A stretch of 64,000 bases of DNA, from NCBI RefSeq assembly GCF_902652985.1, contig NC_047020.1:5456001-5520000 (forward strand), in the 5' to 3' direction. A program made the position numbers and the translations under genes. Origin of the DNA: Pecten maximus (taxonomy: Eukaryota). The notes below the pieces were generated by a model. It searched no databases and was not told the DNA's origin. It saw only the letters and a program-made list of their open reading frames with translations. Below, piece by piece: positions 12,617 through 25,244 of this stretch; position 1 is the first letter of the stretch, and the number at the start of each line of letters is the position of its first letter.

Positions 12617-13866
12617 GGGGGTCCCCGTGATTTCGTGTACGCCGCACCCGGTTCCGGACCCGATCCCCGTACCAGGAATATTGATATTATTTTTTTCTCG
12701 ACAATGGCTCAATGAATAAATCTCATGTTTGTCTTATAAATCCTGATTAATATTTGAAAAATCTGACATTTAAAATAAAATGGAACTAATACCTACAACT
12801 TTAGTAATCGTCGATTTACATTTTTCAGAGTGTGATTTTGTGTACGCCGCACTCAACCGTGAAAAGTTACGGTTTTTGACTGTTTATTCGTAAACAAGGG
12901 TTTATTTTTATGATATTTTCGATTCAATACATTAAGTAAACCCAGTTGTTGATACAAATATAAGTTTTAATTACAAAAACTACTTATTTCATTTCAAATC
13001 TTGCCTTTTTTAGATCGCGGCGAACCCCCGTGATCATCGCCGCGATCTAAAAAAAAAAAAGGGCAATGGATGGTTGTGATCGGACATTATGTCAAGTGTA
13101 AATTCAATTCTATCTAATCAGTTTCCAACAATAAATGGATTTCAGGATACTCTATTAGCTCCAACAAAACGTGAAAATGGATCATGGAAAAACAGTTCTT
13201 TGTTTAAATCAACATCTTTTCCTTCTGGGCAAATACATGTACACCACAATGGTAAAGATCACTGGGTAACATCTGTTCAGACATCAGAAAATGCAGTTTA
13301 TGTTCTTGACAGTTTACAAAACTCAGTTCCACTTTCAGATTCTCTTCAGATCCAGTTGTCATCTATATATGGAAAAGGTAATAATTTATTAGTTAAAATT
13401 CCTGATGTTCAGCAACAGAACAACAGTTTTGATTGTGGTTTATTTGCTATAGAATTTTTGGTAGAGTTCTGTTTTAATAAGTTCACTGGTTCTAAGAAAA
13501 TCGAGTTCTGTCCCCAGTATCTCCGTCCTCATTTGATTAGCTGTTTAGAAAATAGATCATTCAAACCATTCCCTAAAATTCAATGTAAGGTTTGCAGTAA
13601 TTCTAAAATCAAAACTGTCAAGGTAGAATTCAACTGTTCTTGTGGCAAACCTGATTGCCGTGTTTGTCGTTCGATTAGCGACTCATTTATCGAGCTTTAA
13701 AAAACATCATTCTTATTTGTTTTTTTCAAATGAAAATGGTGTTTCGACATGTAATAACACCCATTATTGCATAAAACACTGAGAAATAACACATTTATAA
13801 TCAATAAACACCTTTAAAACCCATTCAGGTCCAGATTCAGGTCCATTCATGTCTTTAGGAGGACCC
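12617..13866 (+). mobile_element. 1.25-kb DNA-transposon derivative with 9-bp TSD carrying a Ulp1-like protease ORF
   Basis: gcataactc at 12608-12616 and 13867-13875. Ends read gggggtcc...ggaccc. The subterminal motif gtgatt.[ct]gtgtacgccgcac occurs twice. Confidence 0.75.
13089..13700 (+). CDS. Ulp1/SENP-like (peptidase C48) cysteine protease fragment, transposon-borne
   Basis: Motifs HW (DHWVTS), DSL (YVLDSL) and Q.N..DCG (QQQNNSFDCGLFAI) in the expected order, followed by a Cys-rich, possibly truncated PHD-like tail. Confidence 0.7.
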   Translation: MSSVNSILSNQFPTINGFQDTLLAPTKRENGSWKNSSLFKSTSFPSGQIHVHHNGKDHWVTSVQTSENAVYVLDSLQNSVPLSDSLQIQLSSIYGKGNNLLVKIPDVQQQNNSFDCGLFAIEFLVEFCFNKFTGSKKIEFCPQYLRPHLISCLENRSFKPFPKIQCKVCSNSKIKTVKVEFNCSCGKPDCRVCRSISDSFIEL

Positions 13867-14643
13867 GCATAACTCCTGTCGTACCATGGTTGGCAAAATA
13901 GTTAAAGATGAATGGTTCTAAATATTTGGCAAAAAAATCTTGGAAAAAATAAAGAAATGAATGAAATAAAAATGGTATGCTATTCTGTTTAAATTGCCTT
14001 TTTGTAACAATGACATCCAAATAACCTAATCTTCGACTTTTTGAAGGTGGCGACATGGAACACAATTGAAATATGAAAAACCATCTGGTATGTGTATTTT
14101 TTTTTTTTTTTTTTTAGTAATAGCAGGTCAAAGGTTACTACTGGAAAGGTCAGCAGGTCCATAAATTAGCAATTGAAAGGGCTTAAGACAAAGAACACGC
14201 ATATCAAATCTGAAAGCTCTATCTGATATATTATAAGGTTAACAAAGTGTGGCCACCGGTAAGGTTAAGTTTTTTAAAAGGTCAAAGTTCATGGCCAAGG
14301 TCATGCAGGAGATCTGCAAATTTAGCTCTAATGGAAATTAAGATATTGTCACAAAGAACACACATGTGAACTACCTAAGCTGCATCCTCATTATTATTAA
14401 TTAACGTTAATTAAACAGTATAAATACTTTAATCTAGCTAACCGACTACAGCAAAATAGCAAAGTAGTTCACCTCGGAGACAATGTAGACAATGGTTGCT
14501 GCATAAAGGATAATGTTGATGGGATCTTTTAAGATGAATTAAGGACTTGAAGCATTATATTTTAGTCACAGATGATTGATGGATGAAGTCATATAACATT
14601 CTTGGATTTGTTGAGATATTGTAAAATGTAATTTGCATTCAAT

Positions 14644-15350
14644 TTTTAGGTCACCTGAGACAAAGTCTCAAGTGACCTATTCTAATCGCCTTTTGTCCAT
14701 CGTCGTGCGTCGTTGTTGTGCGTCCGTAAACAATTTACATTTTCGACTTCTTCTCTAAAACCTCTAAACCAAATTCAATGAAATTTGGCAGGAAGCTTCT
14801 ATGGCTAAAGGTCAACCAAAATTGTGAATTATATGGTCCCCACCCCCAGAGGCCTGAGGGACAGGGCTTAAAATGGTAAAATTGACTAAAACTTCAAAAA
14901 TCTTCTTCTCTACTCTCAGATATTGTCGAATTGAACACTCTTCATAGATGGAAGAGTCTTAAGGTGCTTTACCAAAATTGTGAATTTCATGACCCAGGGG
15001 TCTCACATTTGCCTCTGGGGAGGGAGTAAACTTTACTATAGTTTATAGGGAAATCACATTTTTGACTTTTAGTTGTTGGATTTGGAATGGAATTCATTCT
15101 AATTTGGTTAACGTTATCAGCTTGGATGACAGTTTGATGGTGTGTACATGTTGGTCCTGACTGACCCCCAGGGGCTGATGAGCAGGGCTGAAAAGGGTCA
15201 AATTGACTGAAATTTCAAAAATCTTCTTCTCTACTCTCAGATATGATGGAATCAAATACTCTTCATATATGGAAGAGTTGTAAGGTGCTTTACCTAAATT
15301 GTGAATTTCATGACCCTGGGGTCTCAGGTTTGCCCCTGGGGAGGGCGTAA
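14644..15350 (-). mobile_element. pearl/CvA-type element in reverse orientation
   Basis: Hairpin taggtcacctgag...ctcaagtgaccta, then a cgtc microsatellite, then internal repeats (cttcaaaaatcttcttctctactctcagat twice). Confidence 0.75.
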
Positions 15351-15369
15351 GATTGTCCATTGAATTAAC

Positions 15370-17040
15370 TTGGCGTCCACCATTGAATGATCTCTATAGG
15401 TTCCATGTCAGATTGATCTTCTCTCTATTTTTCCCTTCCTCTTACTAATCTATGTAAATTTAGAAACATCCCTCCAGTACTTTTCAAACAAGGGGAACCT
15501 ATATATGAAATTTGAGATTTTGCTAAAATAGCCATGTTGTATTCCGATCAGTCCCAAATTAAAATATGCATAACTAGGAACCAAGGGCAACCTACATATG
15601 AAATTTGAGAAAGATCCCTTCAGTACTTTCTGAGAAATAGCGATAACAAACTTCAATTGTCAAAATCCAAGATGGCTGCCTGTCGGCCATGTTGTTTTCT
15701 GATCGGTCCCAAAATGCAATATGCATAACAAGGGACCAAGGGCAACCTACATATGAAATTTGAGAAAGATCCTTTCAGTACTTTCTGAGAAATAGCGATA
15801 ACAAACTTCAATTGTCAAAATCCAAGATGGCTGCCTGTCGGCCATGTTGTATTCCGATCAGTCCCAAAATAAAATATGCATATCTAGGAACCATGGGCAA
15901 CCTACATATGAAATTTGAGAAAGATCCCTTCAGTACTTTCTGAGAAATAGCGATAACAATCTTCAATTGTCAAAATCCAAGATGGCTGCCTGTCGGCCAT
16001 GTTGTTTTCCGATTGGTCCCAAAATGCAATATGCATAATTAGGGACCAATGGGAACCTACATATGAAATTTGAGAAAGATCCCTTCAGTACTTTCTCAGA
16101 AATAGCGATAACAAGAATTGTTTACGGACGGACAGACGGACCACGGACGCAAGGCGATTTGAATAAACAAGAGATCCCAGAGGGATCTTGGCGCCCACCA
16201 TTGAATGATCTTCATAGGTTCCATGTCAGATTGATCTTTTCTCTACTTTTCCCTTCATTTTACTAATCTGTGCAAATTGAGACATCCCTCCAGTACTTTT
16301 CAAACAAGGGAATCCTAGCTATATAAGAAATTTGAGATTTAACGATAATGGCTGTTTGTTTGCCAGGTTGTTTTCAGGACAGACTGGTCCAAAAATGCAA
16401 TACAAGGGACCAAGGGGAACCTACTTATGATATTTGAGAAAGATCCATTCAGTACTTTGAGAAATAGAGATAACAAACTTCAATTGTCAAAATCCAAGAT
16501 GGCGGTCTGTCGGCCATGTTGTTTTCCAATTGATCTCAAAATGCAATATGCATAACTAGGCACCAAGGGGAACCTCCATATGAAATTTCAGAAAGATCCC
16601 TTAAGTACTTTCTCAGAAATAGCGATAACAAACTTCAATTGTCAAAATCCAAGATGGCTGCCTGTCGGCCATGTTGTTTTCAGATTGGTCTCAAAACGCA
16701 ATATGCATAACTAGGCACCAAGGGGAACCTTCATATGAAATTTGAGAAAGATCCCTACAAAACTTTCTCAGAAATAGCGATAACAAACTTCAATTGTCAA
16801 AATCCAAGATGGCTGCCTGTCGGCCATGTTGTTTTCGGATTGGTCTCAAAACGCAATATGCATAACTAGGCACCAAGGGGAACCTACATATGAAATTTGA
16901 GAAAGATCCCTTCAGTACTTTCTGAGAAATAGCGATAACAAGAATTGTTTACGGACGGACGGACGGAGGGACGGACGGACCACGGACCACGGACGCAGGG
17001 CGATTTGAATAGCCCACCATCTGATGATGGTGGGCTAAAA
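15370..17040 (+). mobile_element. Head-to-tail dimer of a pearl/CvA-type element with ~155-bp internal repeats
   Basis: ttggcg.ccaccattgaatgatc occurs at ~15370 and ~16188. Repeated unit aaatttgagaaagatccc...caagatggctgcc. The second copy ends with (ggac)n and hairpin agcccaccatc..gatggtgggct. Confidence 0.8.
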
Positions 17041-18739
17041 AATGTGCATCTTTGTTGTAGCAGTATGTGTGACTAAATAAAGTGAAACTTTTTTTGCTAC
17101 AAAGCGTATGGCTTCTCTACAGCAAAACTATATTGTGTACACTGTAATATATGTATATAAATTTACATACAAAAGCTGCAGTATTACAACACCAACTATA
17201 TTCAAAAGGTCGCTCATTTTGTAAGGGAAATTAACTTCTTGTGAAGAAATAACAATAGAACAGACATAAACTAACAGTGCTGTCTTCTGTATGCGACTGA
17301 GGATTCAAACTTACTGAAAAATCTTTTGTACAAATACATCACTTTGTGTACAAAAACACAATGATACATAAAAGAGTTCATAGAATTGTTTATTTCACTT
17401 TACTACTCATGACATCTTATGTAAAAGTGCATGCACGTTCGTAATCAAATGACATGATCTAATTCGCATCAAACTGAGGGATTATATCAAACATACACAC
17501 ACATATTTACACAATATATGTAGATATACAACCATCATAACGTATAAATACTAGTGTTGTTTAGTATATGTACATGTATAGTTTGTAAACATCATGCCAA
17601 ATTACTAACTAAACTGTTCAGTGTATAAAACATTACACTCATCCTTAAGCCCTCCTCTAGCACTGCATGACTCACAATATATGACAGATGAAAGTACCCA
17701 GTCCATAATATAGATACCCAAGAGTTTTGATGAATCAGTAATATACAGGCTGTAGGTTTCAAAATGTAAATAAAACACTGATAGTTGAATTTTTTCAGGT
17801 TTTACACATGATCTATTCAAAGTCATAATCTACTTAATTAACAGATATACATGTACACTATATCACTTGTCTATATGCAAAAAATATAATTTGTTTGCCG
17901 ACATCAAAAGATGCACACTTTCACATCAAAAGAAATAAATGGAGTATTATTGTATAAATTAAAGACAGATCTTCGAAGACATGGATTCTGTTAAGCATAT
18001 CAACATATATTTGTTACCCTGACTCTCTATGTGAATATAAATTAAGTCTTTCTAACTGTTTCTCTGGAATATTGCTATAGAAACAAGCCAGTCAACTGTC
18101 AAATCTGACTCTTAATAGACTGTAGTCATGAAATGGCCTGTATTTAATTATTTTGACTATATTTTTTACCCAAGGTGTTTGGATCATCACGAGCATGCAA
18201 TGTGATAAATTGTTTTCCAAGGCCACAGCATAAAAGCATTAAACATTTATATACTGTAGCACTGCCATTTCTGATGTCTTACAATTGGTCAATTATCTGA
18301 AATATAGCACTGTGAACATACTCAGATATTACAATTAAAATACATTACACATTTTCAGGTAGTGCATATACATACTGTACATGTACTTTTGAGAGTTATA
18401 TTATACGGATTAAGCTTCGGCATGGTGCTTCACTGGACTGATTTTAGCTTGCCAATATCTGGTTTTGTACCATTTGCATTTATAGATAGACAATATAATT
18501 ATCTTGTTATCTGGACCTTGTAATGTTTGCTACAACTTTCTTCACATTATATATTCTGAATATGGAAATTCATGGGTAATTAATGAGATATATGTTCTAG
18601 GAGAAGGTAAATATAAGGCAACTCAAACTAAGTGATTGGGTACTGTATAATAGGAAACGTTTGTGTGTACTTCCTTTTGTGGTTTTGGAACTTTCAAATT
18701 ATTTTGTCGGTACAAACTTTCGTGCAACAGTTATATAAC

Positions 18740-19833
18740 AACAAGGACCAAATGGGCCCGAATCGCTCACCTGCAATGCAGTGATCTTTTCATATATGGA
18801 TCCTGCAGTTATTTGAATGTATGCTACAGGACCAATATAATGTCTCTCAACACTGGCTATTCAGAAGTCATTTAAAGATTTAAGCATACTTGATCGACCT
18901 GACCTTGAATGTGAGTCGGGGTCATTCATTTGAACAAACTTGGTAGCCCTTCACCCCAGCATGCTACAGACCCAATATCAACTCCCTGGGACGCTTGCAA
19001 CTTGGTTATTGAGAAGAAGTTGTATAAAGATTTTAGCCTTTTTGACTCCTGTGAGCTTGAATGAAGGTCAAGGTCATTCATTTGAACAAACTTGGTAGCC
19101 CTTCATCCCAGCATGGTACAGACCCAATATCAACTTCCTGGGACTCTTGGTTATTGAGAAGAAGTGGTTTAAAGATTTTAGCATTTTTTTAATTATGTGA
19201 CCTTGAATGAAGGTCAAGGTCATTCATTTGAACAACCTTGGGAGCCCTTCACCCTAGCATGCTACAGGCCAAATATTAGGTCTCTGGGACTCTTGGATAT
19301 TGAGAAAAAATTGTTTAAAGAGTTTAGCCTTTTTGACTCCTGTGACCTTGAATGAAGGTCAAGGTCATTCAATTGAACAAACTTGGTAGCCCTTCACCCC
19401 AGCATGCTACAGACCCAATATCAACTTCCTGGGACTCTTGGTTATTGAGAAGTTGTTTAAAGATTTTAGCCTTTTCGACTCCTGTGACCTTGAATGAAGG
19501 TTAATTAAGGTCATTTATGTGAACAAACTTGGTAGCCCTTCACCCCAGCATGCTACAGACCCAATATCAACTCCCTTGGACTCTTGGTTATTGAGAAGAA
19601 GTCGTTTAAAGATTTTAGCCTTTTTGACTTCTGTGACCTTGAATAAGGTCAACTTTATTCATTTGAACAAACTTGGTAGCCCTTCACCCCAGCATGCTAC
19701 AGGCCCAATATTAGGTCTCTGGGCCTTTTGGTTATTGAGAAGAAGTTGCTTGAATGGAAAAGTTGACGCCGGACGGACAGCCGGACGCCGCATCACGGCA
19801 TAAGCTCACTTGCCCTTTGGGCAGGTGAGCTAA
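18740..19833 (+). mobile_element. Complete pearl/CvA-type (Helentron-like) element with about 6 internal ~147-bp repeats
   Basis: 5' aacaag...gctcacctg, 3' ggac microsatellite and hairpin agctcacttgccc..gggcaggtgagct, which also complements the 5' subterminal motif. Confidence 0.82.
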
Positions 19834-21468
19834 TAATACATAAAATAAATATTCACGGTTCCATAGCAACCATGAAAACAAAAGTTCAAACACAACGAAC
19901 AACTATCCATGAAAACGACAAAAGGTTATATACCACAAACGTTTCATTTTATACAGTATCAAAAACAACTCAAAATTGTTACCCTAAATTCCATCCCGAG
20001 TGTTTAAATTCATCCATCTGTTTAAGGGACAGATTCCAGCTTTTCCCAAAAAATCATGACAAAAAAGCGAATGATGAATTCCACCAAAAGCTTTATGGTA
20101 ACACTGTTACAGATACTCCTATTCTGGTAGTTAAGAGTCCTGTATTACTCAGACTGTTTGTCAACCAAATCATTAAACCATTACATAACATGTGTCATTG
20201 TAAATAGAATTGTCTATAAATTAGGAACAGGAAGTGCTAAATTAGTAATTATAATCACACAGGAAATAAAATCTCTGTACGGACATTAAATACATTTACC
20301 ATGTATACTCTTCCTGATGTGTAAAAAAATCAGAAAAAGTCATTATAAAAATTATAATTCATTGTAAAGTTCTCAAGTTTACACAATATAACATATATGC
20401 CTATATATAAATACAAAAAAATAAATGGTTTCTATTTTTCATGCATGTCAACAAAGAGCTTTTTAACTAGTAAAACAAACAATGGAGCTACACACATAGA
20501 TACATCCTATGGTAATGTACGACCAAATCAAAGGTAAAGTACAAGGAAATGTTAGAAACGTTAAGGTTATGTTGTAGAAATATTGTACTGTATGTACATG
20601 TATAGGTGGAGAGTTCCAGGTACAGTAAACGATTGGATAAGTATTTTCTTGGTCAAGCTATAGCTATATATTAGAATATATAGTCAGTGACATTAGAAAT
20701 GCATGTAGTCAAAAATTAAGTTTACATGCGTGATGACTACCTGTAGGCGACAACCTATTCCCAATTAATATGACATGCTTTCTCTGATGTTGTAACACTA
20801 CAAAAAAATAAACAATATAAATACAAAATATATGCATGTTTACATTGCATAGAATTTATAATTTACATATTCAAAATATCCAAACTTCTTTCATCACTAC
20901 CATATAAGGATTATACTCAATTCAGCACAAAGTTTAATCTATTGTAATCTGTCCCAATGTTACCTCAGTATTAGGACTATTTTGCTTTCAGTAAGGGAAC
21001 CATTGGCCCTGTTAGGCATGGGACCAATATAATTTGACCCTTTTTCCATGGTACCGGGACAAGAAAATTTGGCCCTGTTGCCTTAGTAATCAGTGTCGGG
21101 TTAGTTTGGTATGCTACATATGTAAGTATGGGAACAATCTGGCTATATGTTGACTCAAAGATCATAGCAATTTTTACACAAGCACTATATGTCAGAACAC
21201 AAAATCATGTAATGCGAACATTGGTTTGAATTCTGGTTGTACACAAGTACAGATTTTACACCACACCTACTTTCTGAACATTTGTCCAAGAAAACAATCT
21301 TGGCTAACAATAAATCCTGATTCAAAACAGATTTTGTTATAATGCTGATTAGTCTACAGAAATGTGAATACCACAGGATACAGGTTGATAAAGCTGATGA
21401 GATGTATATGCATGCATGTGATATGCTAATATTGTGAATGTCAATATGACACTGATTACATGTATATA

Positions 21469-23747
21469 TCACGTTGTAATACTGGCAAGGAGTTCTGTGT
21501 CCACATTGATATCCTCACGCCACACACTCGAGTCTTTTTGAAGCTTGTGTACTAGGATGACATGACGACGTATGGTGGAGATTGAGTTAAAGGCCTGGCC
21601 ACAAAGCTTACAGGAGTAAGGCTTCTCTCCACGGTGGATGATTTCATGGCGCCGAAGAGATTGCCGCTGAGTAAAACCTCGGCCACAGTGTCCACAGAGA
21701 AACTTCTTCTCTGAATGAATTGCCTGGTGGATGGTCATGCATGATTTCTGCTTGAATGCCTTACCACAGATTTTGCATACAAAGTTCTTGGCCGACGAGT
21801 GAATGAGTTTATGTGTGGCTAAAGATTTCTCATACCCAAACACTTTACCACACTGATCACATTGGTGGTCATAGATTCTCATGTGGATGATTTTGGTGTG
21901 TTCTTGCAATGCTGCTTTCGAGGAAAACGTTTTATGGCAAATATAACAAAAGTGCTTCACCTCTCTCACCTCCCGTTCAAACTCAGACTCAGGTTCGTGT
22001 TTCCGTCGAATGTGAGTTCGGAGAAGACTTGGGTTAGCAAAAGATTTATCACATACTGAGCAAGGGTACACAGGCTTTACATAGTTGGGTTCATGAGATT
22101 TTATATGAAGTTTTAAACTTGTGTTGACTTTATACCTCTTGCCACAAATGTCACAACTATATTTCGGTGGATTATGAATCAATATACGATGTCTCTTCAT
22201 ATCAAAGAGACTTGGATACAATTTTCCGCAAATATTGCAGTTTGTGGCCACATTTAGATGAGCTCTTCGATTGTGTGCATACAAACTTTTTCTATCCTTT
22301 GCTATGAAATCACAGTCTGGACATTTTATATTGGTATCAGGGCCTGTATTCTTTTTCGGCCGACCACGTTTTCTTTTTCCTTCTAGATATTCTTCTTTTA
22401 GTAAAGGCATTTTGCTTTTTTTCTTTTTAGTGAACCGTTTAGGTGGCCTTTCAACTCTTCTTTTCTTGTACTTCCTTTTCTTTACCTTTACTGAGAATAT
22501 ACTTTCTTCCGATTCCTCCGAATCAAAATTCTCAACATCTGCTGAATGTTCCGTATCAGAATCTAAATGATAATCTGCATCACTATGGTGAGGTTCAATA
22601 GGTTTACAATTTGCTTCATCATCATCTGGCTCACTTTTGTTATTTTGACTTTGCTTGTCACTTGTATCAAGATGAGATTCACTGATCGGTTCACTAACAG
22701 TCTCTGACATCCTTTTGTCCTTAGTATTATTTGGTGTTTCCTGAGATTTTTTTGTCACTGCTCCATCTTGTTCGTTTTCGATTTTCACTTCTGTCTGTTT
22801 CTCCTCCTTTCCGGTGATCTGAGAGGAAGTTGTTGGTCTTTGGCTATCAGGGCCTTCCTGAACTGCACTTATTTGGCTCAGTATATTTGTTACTAATTCC
22901 TTTCCTGGTAAACAGTGGCTAGATTGAGTTACCTCCCCTTGAGGTACAAGATTTCCTCCTGTAATGTTAGAAGAGGTTTCTAGTCTATTGATTGTCCCTT
23001 CTATACATGGTGTATTGCCACCTGTTGGTGTTGAACTAGTAGCAAGGGGAGGAAGCTCTAAGCTATCTGGGACATTCATAGGATTTTTGTCGTTCATATT
23101 GGCAGGTTGGGGGCCTACATTTGAATTATATGGTCTATCTACTATGTTTGCTGGGGTGTAAGATCTTTCCCTATTGTCAAAGTGTCTGTCCATCATGTTT
23201 CCTTGTGTATATGGTCCCATCCTCGGGTCATAATGTCTGTCCCCACTGTACCCATGTGTGTAAGGGCCACCTCTGGAATCGTAAAACTTATCTCCATTGT
23301 TCGTTGGCATGTATGAGGCTGTCCTGGGGTCTGTCATGTTACTAGCGTATAAATACCATCCACGGTTGTCGAAATTCCTATTACCTGCTGTGCCTGGTGT
23401 GTAGGGGCTGCTTCTGTTGTCAAAAAAACGATCGCCATTGTTGGCAGGTGTGTAAGGCCCAACCCTGGAGTCGTAGTAACGGTCAGCTGGGTTCCCCGAG
23501 GTGTAAGATCGATCCCCAAGATCCGCTTGGTCACGCATTACACCATGCCCATCCCGTAAACTTGGATCATTGATGTTTGTGTCTGGACTCATCATACGTT
23601 TGTTATGTGCAATCTTTAGGTCCTTTGCTGGTGAATAAGCACTGGATACCATGGCAACTGCACCATATATAGCCAAAGTATTTTCCAGCATACTATGGAC
23701 GAATGTCATCTGGGACCAGTCACCAACTATCTCAAAGTTACTGTTCC
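21469..23747 (-). CDS. C2H2 zinc-finger protein gene 2, coding exon 2 (9 fingers, AT-hook, Tyr/Asp/Arg repeats); predicted total 802 aa
   Basis: Acceptor ttttcag|GG at 23747 is in phase with exon 1. ORF 21469-23709 has nine C2H2 units and KRKRGRPKK. Confidence 0.9.
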
Positions 23748-23919
23748 CTGAAAAATAGACACAAGAATATGTAACTAAGGTCAGCTTTTTAGGTCAGGTT
23801 CGGGGGACTGCTGGTAGGATGTTTGCCTTAAGATTGAGAGGTCATGATCACTAGATTGAGGACCAGCACAGACAGGAAATGTGCAATATTTATATTTGTT
23901 ACATTTTTACCAGTGAAAT

Positions 23920-24050
23920 ATTGAAAATGATTCATTCTACAAAAGTGATATTTTTCAGAATATCTCGTGTGGCTAATATATTGATATTTTTTACTCGTGC
24001 TATGCACTCGTGAAAATATCAAAATATTAGCCACCTTCATGAAATATACC
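23920..24050. mobile_element. Palindromic non-autonomous element fragment in the zinc-finger gene 2 intron
   Basis: Imperfect hairpin gtggctaatat...gatatttt / aaaatatc...atattagccac. Confidence 0.5.
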
Positions 24051-24652
24051 TGGTATTACTAAAGGCACTGTTAGATATAAACAGAGAAACTTATATCTAT
24101 TGAATCTCCTGTGATATGGTTCAGTGCACACAAAAGATCTTGCAATAATTGGCATAAAAGTGTTAGAGGTTGAAGACATCCTCTCACCTGTGAGGAAACA
24201 CAGAAACAACATTGCATTCTTTCAACTCGGACAGTGCGAGAGGTAAAATAATCCTTTTTACACAAAACAGGCAGGGTCGACTCATACATGTATATTACGT
24301 AATTGGACACTTGGCCCAGACAAAACTTAATTAATGTACGTTATAGGTCTATATCTACAGTATACATACATTAATATAAACATGCACACGGTTCATTGAT
24401 ACATTTGCTGTCAATACCTACACACCCGGCCATCGATCACAATGATGATCATGGCCCCCGTCATTGATCAGTGAAAAGGCCAGTGCCAGCATTTCACTTA
24501 AGAATGTAGTTAAATGAGTCGATATACTAATATCCTGCCAGTGTCATGTACACACAGGTGCTACACAAACCATTTAGTATAGGAATATACAGTATACATA
24601 GCAGTCACACAAAAGTATGATCCAATCTATCCCTACAGGCCCCCACACGTAC

Positions 24653-24782
24653 CCTGGTTCACAATCCGAGTGCCCGTCTCTTCACAAACAGATTCCAGCA
24701 TTTCTATGAAGTTAAAATGCTGAGGAAATTTGGCGACAAAGTCATTGGATATAGCTCCAGTCACCCTAGAGAAGATGGCCAT
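24653..24782 (-). CDS. Zinc-finger gene 2, coding exon 1 (MAIFSRVTGAISNDFVAKFPQHFNFIEMLESVCEETGTRIVNQG)
   Basis: ATG at 24782 and donor CAGG|gtacgt (phase 1). The peptide aligns with residues 1-45 of gene 1 and the alignment continues across the junction. Confidence 0.85.
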
Positions 24783-25244
24783 GTTTTGACGTGACAGGCC
24801 TTTCCACAGACGGAACCTCCACCTGCCTCGGCAGTCGGGAAAGTAATTACATGGAAGGGGGACAACTCGTGCATCTAGGAAATTTTTAAGGAAGCATGCC
24901 CCAAACTTTGACGGCGACGTCGAAAAATGTTTGAAATTAGGTCTGACGGACATGTCATAGAAATTATCAATATAGATACATGCATTAATTGTTGGTGAAA
25001 ATTAAACATAGATTAAAAAAACAAAATAAAAAAAAGCAGTGCAACACTTAGCGGCAACTTTACGGGCTCACCGTACTCAAACCTGCTCTAATTACGTTAC
25101 TAAGAAAATATATATAATCATAATCATGCAGAGTCTCATAACTCGACATTTTTATTGCATATTATTATTATCATTAGTAGTAGTTTTCATATTAAACTAA
25201 TTGCTATTTTTAAAACTGGTTTTCTATGTCAAATATAGGCAGCA

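Noticed and set aside
24783-24953. Upstream in-frame extension of zinc-finger gene 2 (MSVRPNF...)
   Set aside because: Homology with gene 1 begins at the Met at 24782. The extension is unsupported, though not excluded.
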